Shown piece by piece: positions 55,775 to 64,000 of a stretch of 64,000 nucleotides of DNA (its first letter is position 1; every line of letters begins with the position of its first letter). Source of the stretch: Candidatus Eiseniibacteriota bacterium (GTDB lineage Bacteria > Eisenbacteria > RBG-16-71-46); the NCBI GenBank assembly GCA_044223005.1, contig JBGAML010000006.1, positions 1 to 64,000 of the forward strand. Direction: 5' to 3'. The notes beneath the pieces were generated by a model. The model was not told where the DNA came from. It saw nothing but the letters and a program-made list of their open reading frames with translations, and searched no databases. The position numbers and the translations under genes were made by a program.

Positions 55775-57802
55775 GTGAAGGATATTCGCGCCTGGACCAC
55801 GAAGGACTCCGCTGCCCTCTACAACGTGGCGGGCTGGTCCAGTGGCTACTTCCGCATCAACGAGGCCGGGCACGTCGAGGTGACGCCCTCCGGCCCGGAC
55901 GGCGGCAGCATCGACCTGTACGAGCTCGTGCAGGACATGCAGCGTCGCGGGCTCGGTATGCCGCTGCTGATGCGGTTCTCGGACATCCTCCACAGCCGAG
56001 TGCAGCTGCTGTTCGGCTGCTTCGACAACGCGATCCGCGAGTACGGCTACCGCGGGCGATACCGCGGCGTGTTCCCGATCAAGGTCAACCAGCAGCACCA
56101 CGTGGTCGAGGAACTGGTCCGCTTCGGCGGCCCGCTCGGCCTCGGCCTCGAGGCGGGCTCGAAGCCCGAACTGCTCGCCGGCCTCGCGCTGATGGAGGAC
56201 TCGGACGGGCTGCTGATCCTGAACGGGTACAAGGACATCGAGTACATGGAGACGGCGCTGCTCGCGCAGAAGCTCGGCCATCACCCGATCGTGGTGATCG
56301 ACCGCTTCCGCGAGCTGGACCTGCTGCTGCAGGTGGCGCGCCGGCTCGGCATCCGGCCGCACATCGGCGTACGCGCCAAGCTCACCACCAAGGGCGCCGG
56401 CAAGTGGATGGAGTCCACGGGCGACCGCTCCAAGTTCGGGCTGACCGCGACCGAGATGGTCATGCTGCTCGACAAGCTTCGCTCCGAGCAGATGCTCGAC
56501 TGCCTCGAGCTGGTGCACTTCCACATCGGCTCGCAGATCTCGACCGTGCGCGCGATCAAGGACGCCATGACCGAGGCGTCGCGCGTGTTCGTCGAGCTCG
56601 CCAAGGCGGGCGCGGGGCTCAAGTTCCTCGATGCCGGCGGCGGACTGGGCGTCGACTACGACGGCTCGTCCACCAACTGGCACTCGTCGACCAACTACAC
56701 GACGCAGGAGTACGCCAACGACATCGTCGCGGCGATCCAGGACGCGTGCGAGAAGGAAGGCATTCCGCATCCGGACATCGTCACGGAGTCGGGCCGCGCG
56801 CTGGTCGCGCACCATTCGGTGCTGGTGTTCAACATCCTCGACGTGAACGAGGTGCTCGTCGGCTCGACGCCGCCGGCGCCCGGCCCGGGCGATCCGCCGG
56901 TGATTCGCCAGATCATCGAGACGTGGCGCGGCGTGTCGCGCAAGAACTTCCAGGAGTCCTACCACGACGCGCTCCAGGCCAAGGAGGAGGCGACCAACCT
57001 CTTCAACCTCGGCCTGCTCGACCTGAACGGCCGCGCGCGCGTGGAGCAGCTCTTCTGGGGCTGCTGTGAGGCGATCCTCAAGATCATCCGCGAGCTCGAC
57101 TACGTGCCCGACGACCTCGACGGCCTCGAGAAGGGCCTCGCCGACACGTACTACGGCAACTTCTCGCTGTTCCAGTCGGCGCCGGACCACTGGGCCGTGA
57201 AGCAGCTCTTCCCGGTGGTGCCGCTGCACCGGCTCAACGAGCGGCCCACGCGCCGCGGGGTCATCGCCGATCTCACGTGCGATTCCGACGGCAAGATGGA
57301 CCAGTTCATCGACCTGCGGGACGTGAAGAACTGGCTCGAACTGCACGCGTTCGACGGCCGCCCGTACTACCTGGGCGTGTTCCTCGTCGGCGCCTACCAG
57401 GAGATCCTGGGCGACCTGCACAACCTGTTCGGCGACACGAACGCGGTGCACATCGCGCTCACCGAGAGCGGCTATCGCGTGGCGAACGTGGTCGAGGGCG
57501 ATTCGGTGACCGAGGTGCTCGGCTACGTGCAGTACTCCAAGCAGTACCTCGTGCAGCGTCTCCGTCAGTCGATCGAGGAGGCGCTGGGCAAGAACCTGCT
57601 CACTCTCGAGGAGTCGGCGCTGCTCATGAAGCGCTACGACGAAGGCCTCTCGGGGTACACGTACCTCGAAGAGGAGGAGCCGTCGCTCCGCCTCGCCAAC
57701 GGCGCCAACGGCCTCATGTCCGTGCCGGCCGGCCTGCACCCGGTGCAGCACCCCGAGCCGGAGATCGAGGTCGAGGCCGACCCGAGACCCGCGATCTCCT
57801 GA
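55775..57802 (+). CDS. speA: Biosynthetic arginine decarboxylase
   Basis: FPIKVNQ; GLEAGSKPEL; HFHIGSQ; DAGGGLGVDYDG; ESGRA; DLTCDSDG; GAYQEILGDLHNLFG. Confidence 0.96.
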   Translation: MKDIRAWTTKDSAALYNVAGWSSGYFRINEAGHVEVTPSGPDGGSIDLYELVQDMQRRGLGMPLLMRFSDILHSRVQLLFGCFDNAIREYGYRGRYRGVFPIKVNQQHHVVEELVRFGGPLGLGLEAGSKPELLAGLALMEDSDGLLILNGYKDIEYMETALLAQKLGHHPIVVIDRFRELDLLLQVARRLGIRPHIGVRAKLTTKGAGKWMESTGDRSKFGLTATEMVMLLDKLRSEQMLDCLELVHFHIGSQISTVRAIKDAMTEASRVFVELAKAGAGLKFLDAGGGLGVDYDGSSTNWHSSTNYTTQEYANDIVAAIQDACEKEGIPHPDIVTESGRALVAHHSVLVFNILDVNEVLVGSTPPAPGPGDPPVIRQIIETWRGVSRKNFQESYHDALQAKEEATNLFNLGLLDLNGRARVEQLFWGCCEAILKIIRELDYVPDDLDGLEKGLADTYYGNFSLFQSAPDHWAVKQLFPVVPLHRLNERPTRRGVIADLTCDSDGKMDQFIDLRDVKNWLELHAFDGRPYYLGVFLVGAYQEILGDLHNLFGDTNAVHIALTESGYRVANVVEGDSVTEVLGYVQYSKQYLVQRLRQSIEEALGKNLLTLEESALLMKRYDEGLSGYTYLEEEEPSLRLANGANGLMSVPAGLHPVQHPEPEIEVEADPRPAIS

Positions 57803-58037
57803 TCCGGCCGACGTTCCCGGCGCGCCCGTGCGGACTCCGCAGGGGCGCGTCGCCGTTTCGTTCGATGTCGCCGAACCGCCCCGGCGGCCGATCGGGCGGC
57901 CGCATTTCGCCCGCGCGCGGGACGCGTGCGACAGGCTAGGATGCGCGCGCGGTCCCCCGCGGCCGCCGGCGCGTCTCCCGTTGCGCCGGTGCGATCGCCC
58001 CGCATTCCATGGCCCACCATCGGGAAGGAGCCCGCCT

Positions 58038-59018
58038 ATGCCCATGCTGCGCTCGATCGCCACACTCGCCACACTCGCCGCCCTCGCCGCCCTCGCCGTC
58101 GTCCCCGTGTCCGCGTCCGCCCAGGCGTCGTGCGACAACATCGGCGGGACGCCGCAGGACGGCGCCGTCTACGCGCCGGAGCACGTGCTCGCCACGAGCT
58201 CGGTGTACACGCTGCGCTTCAACAGCTCGCTCGACCCGAACCTCGAGGCGCCGCAGTTCGGTGACGCGCTCGCGCGCCGAACGGCGTTCCAGCAGGCGGT
58301 CGCCGACTGGAACGCGGCGCTCGCGGCCGTCGGTGCGCCGCTCGTGCTGAACCTCGTGTTCGACGACGCCGCGTGGGCGATCGAGCAGTCGGGGCAGTAC
58401 TGCTCCGACCTGCAGTCGCCGTTCACGGATGTCTTCACCGACTTCCGTGGTTCGCACTACAACGACGGCGCGAGCCAGGTGTCGACGGGCCTCAACCCCG
58501 GCGATGCGAACCTCGATCCGGGCAGCCAGCCGCTCGGCGCGGGCTGGCTGTTGCCCTCGGTGTTCGTCTCGGGCGACACCACGACCGGCGTCGTGGCGAT
58601 CGACCAGGCGCTCGCCGCGAACAAGAACAAGTTCGACAGCGGCAATCCGTCGTTGATCATCGAGTCCGACATCGCGTGGTACACCCACACGCACTACGAG
58701 CCGGCGGGATTCGACCCGGCGTGTCCGCGCACGAGCTGGGATTTTCGGATGGCCGGCGGACCGGATGCGAACCGTTACGACTTCTACAGCGCCATGCTGC
58801 ACGCGGTCGGGCACGCGCTGGGGATCGGGCACCAGACGGCGGACGAGACCGGGAACAATGTGATGCAGGTGACGCTCGGCAAGGGCCAGCGGCGCGCGAT
58901 CGGCGCCAAGGAACTGGCGTGCCTGTGCGCGCGCTACGGCCCGGGTGCGCCGGACTGCGCGATCGCGACGGCGACGAAGCGCTCGACGTGGGGCGGGCTG
59001 AAGAGCATCTACCGCTAG
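58038..59018 (+). CDS. Secreted matrixin/metzincin-like protein with Glu->Ala in the zinc motif and a TWGxxKxxYR tail
   Basis: AAGGAG RBS; signal peptide; ESDI; HAVGHALGIGH; Met-turn NVM; ends STWGGLKSIYR. Confidence 0.8.
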   Translation: MPMLRSIATLATLAALAALAVVPVSASAQASCDNIGGTPQDGAVYAPEHVLATSSVYTLRFNSSLDPNLEAPQFGDALARRTAFQQAVADWNAALAAVGAPLVLNLVFDDAAWAIEQSGQYCSDLQSPFTDVFTDFRGSHYNDGASQVSTGLNPGDANLDPGSQPLGAGWLLPSVFVSGDTTTGVVAIDQALAANKNKFDSGNPSLIIESDIAWYTHTHYEPAGFDPACPRTSWDFRMAGGPDANRYDFYSAMLHAVGHALGIGHQTADETGNNVMQVTLGKGQRRAIGAKELACLCARYGPGAPDCAIATATKRSTWGGLKSIYR

Positions 59019-59126
59019 CTCGGGGCCGGCGGCATCTCGCGGCGGCCCTCCTGTGGAGGGCCGTGGCATGCTTCACGGTCCATCCCCCCGGCAGGTCCCC
59101 GCGAAGTGCTCTCCGGAGGTCGCGCC

Positions 59127-59981
59127 ATGCGCTGGCAGGGTGAACGAGGCAGTGACAACGTCGAGGATCGCCGTGGCGTGCGCCCGGCGGGCGTCGCGCT
59201 GGGCGGTGGCGGCCTGCTCGTGGTCCTCGTGGTCGCGATGCTGTTCGGCGTCGATCCGCGGCAGCTTCTGAACCAGGTCGCCATGAACGCCGGCCAGCCG
59301 GCCGCGACGAGCACCGCGCCGTCCGCGGGCGCCGCGGACGATTCGCTGCGCCAGTTCGTGGGCGTGGTGTTGGCCGAGACCGAGGACGTCTGGCACGAGC
59401 AGTTCCAGGCGATGGGCCGCGAGTACACCGAGCCGCACCTCGTGCTGTTCTCGGACCAGGTCGAGTCGGCGTGCGGCGGCGCCAGCGCGGCGGTGGGGCC
59501 GTTCTACTGTCCCGAGGACCAGAAGGTCTACCTCGACCTCGGTTTCTACGACATGTTGCGCCAGCGCTTCGGCGCGCCCGGCGATTTCGCGCAGGCGTAC
59601 GTGGTCGCGCACGAAGTGGGGCACCACGTGCAGAACCTGCTCGGCATCTCGGACAAGGTGCACCGCATGCGCTCGCGCCTGAGCGACGAGCAGTACAACC
59701 AGCTCTCGGTGCGGCTCGAACTGCAGGCCGACTTCTTCGCGGGCGTGTGGGCGCACCACACCCAGCGCATGAAGCACGTGCTGGAAGACGGCGACATCGA
59801 AGAGGCGCTGCGAGCCGCGACCGCGATCGGCGACGACCGGCTGCAGATGCAGTCGCAGGGCTACGTGGTTCCCGACGCGTTCACGCACGGAACGTCGGAG
59901 CAACGCGTGCGCTGGTTCCGCAAGGGCTACGAGACGGGCGACATCCGCCAGGGCGACACGTTCAACGCCGAAGCGCTCTGA
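59127..59981 (+). CDS. YpfJ-like neutral zinc metallopeptidase
   Basis: SDNVEDRRG; GPFYCP; AHEVGHHVQ; ELQAD; FTHGTSEQR. Confidence 0.93.
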   Translation: MRWQGERGSDNVEDRRGVRPAGVALGGGGLLVVLVVAMLFGVDPRQLLNQVAMNAGQPAATSTAPSAGAADDSLRQFVGVVLAETEDVWHEQFQAMGREYTEPHLVLFSDQVESACGGASAAVGPFYCPEDQKVYLDLGFYDMLRQRFGAPGDFAQAYVVAHEVGHHVQNLLGISDKVHRMRSRLSDEQYNQLSVRLELQADFFAGVWAHHTQRMKHVLEDGDIEEALRAATAIGDDRLQMQSQGYVVPDAFTHGTSEQRVRWFRKGYETGDIRQGDTFNAEAL

Positions 59982-60001
59982 CGGGTCTCGATGACACGGC
60001 G

Positions 60002-60026
60002 CGGCGCCCCCGGATCCGGGGCGCCG
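60002..60026. terminator. Hairpin downstream of the peptidase gene
   Basis: CGGCGCCCC...GGGGCGCCG. Confidence 0.45.
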
Positions 60027-60130
60027 GGGCCCTGAGCGTGAATGATATGCTCATGGGACACCTCCCGGCCCGGCGCTCGCCGGGCCGAAGGCCGTCGCGC
60101 GACCGCCCTGACCCTTCGAGGATACCTGCG

Positions 60131-62893
60131 ATGCTGCCGTTCGCTGCACCTCCGCGCTTCGCCTGCTTCCGTTCCGCGCTTCTCGCCTTCGCGCTCGGCG
60201 TCGCGACTCTCCCGGTGGCGGCCCCCGCCGCGCCGATCCTGTGGCCGGCGACGCCCGACGGCCTGCCCGAGTGGCGCGACGAGCGCGACACCGCGCCTTT
60301 CCTCGCGGCGTGGAAGGCCGAGGCGCTGCGCCGCCAGGGCACGCTGTCGGTCACCGCGACGGCGAACCAGGCGGCTTGGGACGCGAGGTGGTACGACCTC
60401 GACCTCACCATGAACCCGGTGGCACAGCTGGTGTCGGGTACGGTGAAGCTGCGCGCGACCGTCGTGAACGGCCCGGTCTCGACGGCCGAGCTCGACCTGC
60501 TCGCCAACATGACGGTGGACGCGGCGACCTCGGGCGGCGTCGCGACGACCTTCACGCATCCGTCGGACCTGCTCACGGTCAACCTCGACCGCGCCTACGC
60601 GGCGGGCGAGACGTTCGAGATCACGGTCACGTATCACGGCCTGCCGGCGACGACGGGACCGTTCGGCGGCGCGTTCGGGTTCACGACGGCCAACTCGCGC
60701 ACGCTGATCTGGAGCCTTTCGGAGCCGTACGGCGCACGCAGCTGGTGGCCGTGCAAGGACGCGCCCGAGGACAAGGCGGACTCCGTCACGGTGCGCTACA
60801 CGGTGCCGACGGGCATGACGGCGGTCTCCAACGGCAACCTGCGCTCCGCCACGGACAACGGCACGAACGCGATCTTCCGGTACGGCGAGTCGTACCCGAT
60901 CGCGACCTACCTCGTGTTCATCGGCTGCTACGCCTACACGCACACGCGGGACTGGTACCGGTACGCGCCGACGGACTCGATGCCCATCGACTTCTACAAC
61001 TATCCCGAATCCGTGGCGGGCGTCTCGGCGGTCCAGGCCAAGGTGAAGGGCATGATCGCCGCGTACTCGGCGCGCATGGGGCAATACCCGTTCGTCGCCG
61101 AAAAGTACGGCCACGCGCAGTTCAACTTCTCGGGCGGCATGGAACACCAGACATGCACGAGCCTGGGTGCATTCACGGAATCCGTCGTGGCGCACGAACT
61201 GGGGCACCAGTGGTGGGGCGACATGGTGACGTGCCGCAACTTCCACCACATCTGGCTCAACGAGGGCTTCGCGACCTACATGGAAGCGCTCTGGGCCGAG
61301 GCGGGCGGCGGCCACGCGGCGTACCAGTCGGACCTCGAACTCAACACGTTCTACGGCGCGGGTTCGGTCTACGTGCCCGACACCACCAACCAGGCGCGGA
61401 TCTTCGATTCCAACCTGTCCTACAACAAGGGTTCGTGGGTGCTGCACATGCTGCGGCACGTGGTGAGCGACACGCTGTTCTTCCAGGGCCTGAACTTCTA
61501 CCGCAGCCAGATGCAGTACCAGGGTGCGGTGACCGAGGACCTGCAGGCCGCGATGGAGCAGGTGAGCGGCCGCGACCTGTCGGCGTTCTTCCAGGAGTGG
61601 GTCTACGGCGAGTACTACCCGATCTACCGGCCGCGCTGGACGGCGGTGAGCACCGGCAGCGGCTACGACGTCACGCTGACGATCGACCAGACGCAGTCGT
61701 GGCAGCTCTTCAACATGCCGATCGACGTGCGCGTCGCGACGACGGGCGGCGACGTGGACTTCGTCGTGCCGGATTCGCTCGCGTCGCAGGTGTTCGTGCT
61801 GCACGTGGCGTCGCAGCCCACGGACGTGACGCTCGATCCGGGCCACTGGATCCTGCGCAAGCTCGACCTGCCGGTCGTGAACCCGGCGTTCGACCGGTCC
61901 GTGCTCGTCGTCAATGGGGTCGACTGGTCCAACTACGGCACCGAGATCACGACGGCCTACGTGGACAAGGCGTTCTCGGGGAACTACGCGATCGACTTCT
62001 GGGATCACTTCCCTGCGCCCGCGGGCGGCTATCCCGCCAACGTGCCGGCGCCGCTCGGCCACGGCGCGGTGCCACCCTCCGTGCTCGGGCACTACCGGAA
62101 CGTGATCTGGGTCGGCAACAACTTCAATGGCGACCTCGACTCGTGGGTGCAGACGCCCATCCTCAGCTACGTGAAGGCGGGCGGGAACGTGCTGCTGCTC
62201 TCGCGCATGGGCGACTCGTTCCTCACCGACTCGCTGCTCGATTACGCGGGCATCACGTTCGTCGGCAGCGGCGTGACGCTGACGGACTGCGTGGCGGCGC
62301 GGCCGGGTCTGGTGAACATGTCGCTGCTCGCGACCCAGACCCTGTGCGCCACGTTCGACTCCACGCGCACGCGGCCCGACACGCAGCTGCTCTTCCGCTC
62401 GGCGGCGGGCGCCAATGCGGGCCGCGGCCTCGGCGTGGTGCGCATTCCGCCGGCGGGCGCGGGCCTGCGGGCCCGGGGCGGGCGCCTCGCCTTCGTCTCC
62501 GGGCGTCCCTACCGCTGGAACCACGCCCAGCTGGCGAGCAACGTCACGCAGATCCTGACATCGTACTTCGGCGAACCGGTGACGCTGGCGTCGGTGGACG
62601 CGCCGGCGGCGGGCCGCGCGCTGGCGCTGTCCGCGCCGGAGCCGAATCCGTTCGGGCGCTCGACGTCGCTGCGCTTCACGCTGCGCGCGCCCGCACGCGT
62701 CGATGCGGACGTGATCGATCTCTCGGGCCGCCGCGTGCGCGTGCTCGCGGAGCGAGCGTTCGACGCGGGGGCGCACGTGCTCGCGTGGGACGGGCGCGAC
62801 GCGTCGAGTCGTGACGTGCCGGCCGGCGTCTACTGGGTGCGCGTGCGCGCGGCGGGTGTGTCGGAGGTGCGCCGGCTCGTGCACCTGCCCTGA
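60131..62893 (+). CDS. Secreted M1-family aminopeptidase with C-terminal FlgD-Ig domain
   Basis: WWPCKD; GGMEH; HELGHQWWG...NEGFATY; YNKG; tail PNPF...DLSGRRVR...WDGRD...AGVY. Confidence 0.92.
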   Translation: MLPFAAPPRFACFRSALLAFALGVATLPVAAPAAPILWPATPDGLPEWRDERDTAPFLAAWKAEALRRQGTLSVTATANQAAWDARWYDLDLTMNPVAQLVSGTVKLRATVVNGPVSTAELDLLANMTVDAATSGGVATTFTHPSDLLTVNLDRAYAAGETFEITVTYHGLPATTGPFGGAFGFTTANSRTLIWSLSEPYGARSWWPCKDAPEDKADSVTVRYTVPTGMTAVSNGNLRSATDNGTNAIFRYGESYPIATYLVFIGCYAYTHTRDWYRYAPTDSMPIDFYNYPESVAGVSAVQAKVKGMIAAYSARMGQYPFVAEKYGHAQFNFSGGMEHQTCTSLGAFTESVVAHELGHQWWGDMVTCRNFHHIWLNEGFATYMEALWAEAGGGHAAYQSDLELNTFYGAGSVYVPDTTNQARIFDSNLSYNKGSWVLHMLRHVVSDTLFFQGLNFYRSQMQYQGAVTEDLQAAMEQVSGRDLSAFFQEWVYGEYYPIYRPRWTAVSTGSGYDVTLTIDQTQSWQLFNMPIDVRVATTGGDVDFVVPDSLASQVFVLHVASQPTDVTLDPGHWILRKLDLPVVNPAFDRSVLVVNGVDWSNYGTEITTAYVDKAFSGNYAIDFWDHFPAPAGGYPANVPAPLGHGAVPPSVLGHYRNVIWVGNNFNGDLDSWVQTPILSYVKAGGNVLLLSRMGDSFLTDSLLDYAGITFVGSGVTLTDCVAARPGLVNMSLLATQTLCATFDSTRTRPDTQLLFRSAAGANAGRGLGVVRIPPAGAGLRARGGRLAFVSGRPYRWNHAQLASNVTQILTSYFGEPVTLASVDAPAAGRALALSAPEPNPFGRSTSLRFTLRAPARVDADVIDLSGRRVRVLAERAFDAGAHVLAWDGRDASSRDVPAGVYWVRVRAAGVSEVRRLVHLP

Positions 62894-63160
62894 ACGCGAA
62901 CCGCTCGAGAACTCATCGTGGCCCGCGCGAGAGGATCGCGCGGGCCGCTTTGTTTGCGCGCCTGCATCCCGCCGGAGAAGGTCCGTTGAGGGTCGACCGG
63001 AGCGGTCCTAGTGTGGGAGGTGCAGAGGGATGGGCCGTGGCCATGGACGTGTCCGCTGCCATCCATCGAACACCGCGTGAGGCTCGCCGTTCGGGCCCGC
63101 ACGCGGGCCTCACGCCAGGAGATCGCGGCCGCGACGACCGGCCGCACGAGGGACGACACC

Positions 63161-63349
63161 ATGAAGATCGAGTTCACGCACACCGAGATCGAGTATCTCG
63201 CCGAACTGCTGGAATCCTGCCACCGCACCAAGCTGCACGAGCTGCACCACACCGCGACGCGCGCCTACGCGCAGATGCTGCGGGAGAAGATCGAGCTCAC
63301 GGAGAACCTGCGCGCCAAGCTGGAGGCGGTGCGCGAAGTCCCGGTCTGA
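63161..63349 (+). CDS. Small helical hypothetical protein (62 aa)
   Basis: GAGGG RBS; MKIEFTHTEIEYLAELLE...; GC3-rich codons. Confidence 0.7.
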   Translation: MKIEFTHTEIEYLAELLESCHRTKLHELHHTATRAYAQMLREKIELTENLRAKLEAVREVPV

Positions 63350-63715
63350 TCCGGTCCGGAACTGCGACGCGGGAAGCGAGCGGCCCGACGGCCACGCGCT
63401 TCCCGCGTTTCGTTTCCGGCGACTCCGGAAACGAAGGCGGCCCGTGGATCGGGGGGATCCGACGGGCCGTCCTTCGAGGCAGAACCACGCCTGCGGTCCA
63501 GGCCGCGCGGTCGCTGCACTGGGGGAAACCGGGAGGGACCGAGCCGAGTGGGCACGGCGTCCACCGGAGCTAGAGGTGGGTGCGCCCCGGAGCCTGATAC
63601 ACCGCCGGCGAGCGACTGCCGCGTTTCCGGACCCTTCGCCTGATGCTAATGTGGCACGGTCAGTCCCCCAGGTCGCGACGCTGGCCCCGGCGCGGCCGTT
63701 TCCCCGGCAGGCAAC

Positions 63716-64000
63716 ATGAACGTCGCGATCCTGCTCGCCCTCTTCACGGCGACGGTGAGCATCGGGACCGGACTCGCCCACCTGGCGGTGTCCCAGGCCC
63801 CGGGATGGCGTGCCTCGCGCACCTTCGCGCTGATCGCCTTCTCCGCCGGGCTCTACAGCATCGGGAACCTGACGTTCTGCTCCTCCGGCCTGCCGCCCGC
63901 CGCCTACCTCGTCGTCCTGCGGACGAACTACCTCGCGGCGCACCTGCACGCGCTCGGGTGGATCCCGATGGCGTACGGCGGCCCCGACGCGTCGTGGGCG
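63716..64000 (+). CDS. Partial multi-TM protein, probably the N-terminal membrane sensor of a histidine kinase
   Basis: MNVAILLALFTATVSIGTGLAHLAVSQAPGWRASRTFALIAFSAGLYS...; open to the window end. Confidence 0.6.
   Translation, partial: MNVAILLALFTATVSIGTGLAHLAVSQAPGWRASRTFALIAFSAGLYSIGNLTFCSSGLPPAAYLVVLRTNYLAAHLHALGWIPMAYGGPDASWA

Overview
Very GC-rich bacterial chromosomal window with about 46 plausible CDSs and no rRNA, tRNA or CRISPR array. Four secreted proteins end in a FlgD-Ig/T9SS-like C-terminal domain and one ends in a 'TWGxxKxxYR' tail, which suggests an FCB-related lineage such as Ca. Eisenbacteria (inference). Recognisable genes: NAD-malic enzyme, two trehalose routes (otsA/otsB and treT with DUF5752), a sigma54 two-component system, a WYL/DinB pair, arsR-arsM, a TonB-dependent-like barrel, speA and three zinc peptidases. 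Leading unexplained signals: (1) malic enzyme translationally coupled to a tandem kinase-fold/pseudokinase protein; (2) a structured ~190-nt sRNA candidate with its own sigma54 promoter, divergent from a sigma54-driven STAS locus carrying a PP2C remnant; (3) a 3,516-aa adhesin with 15 DUF11-like domains fused to a beta-barrel, followed by an OmpA protein; (4) a heme oxygenase coupled to a Cys-Pro-motif membrane protein; (5) a zinc-ribbon transposase-like gene whose upstream motif matches the ends of a 128-bp MITE-like hairpin; (6) a compositionally atypical gene flanked by ~89-bp direct repeats. All calls come from motif reading by eye. No searches were run.
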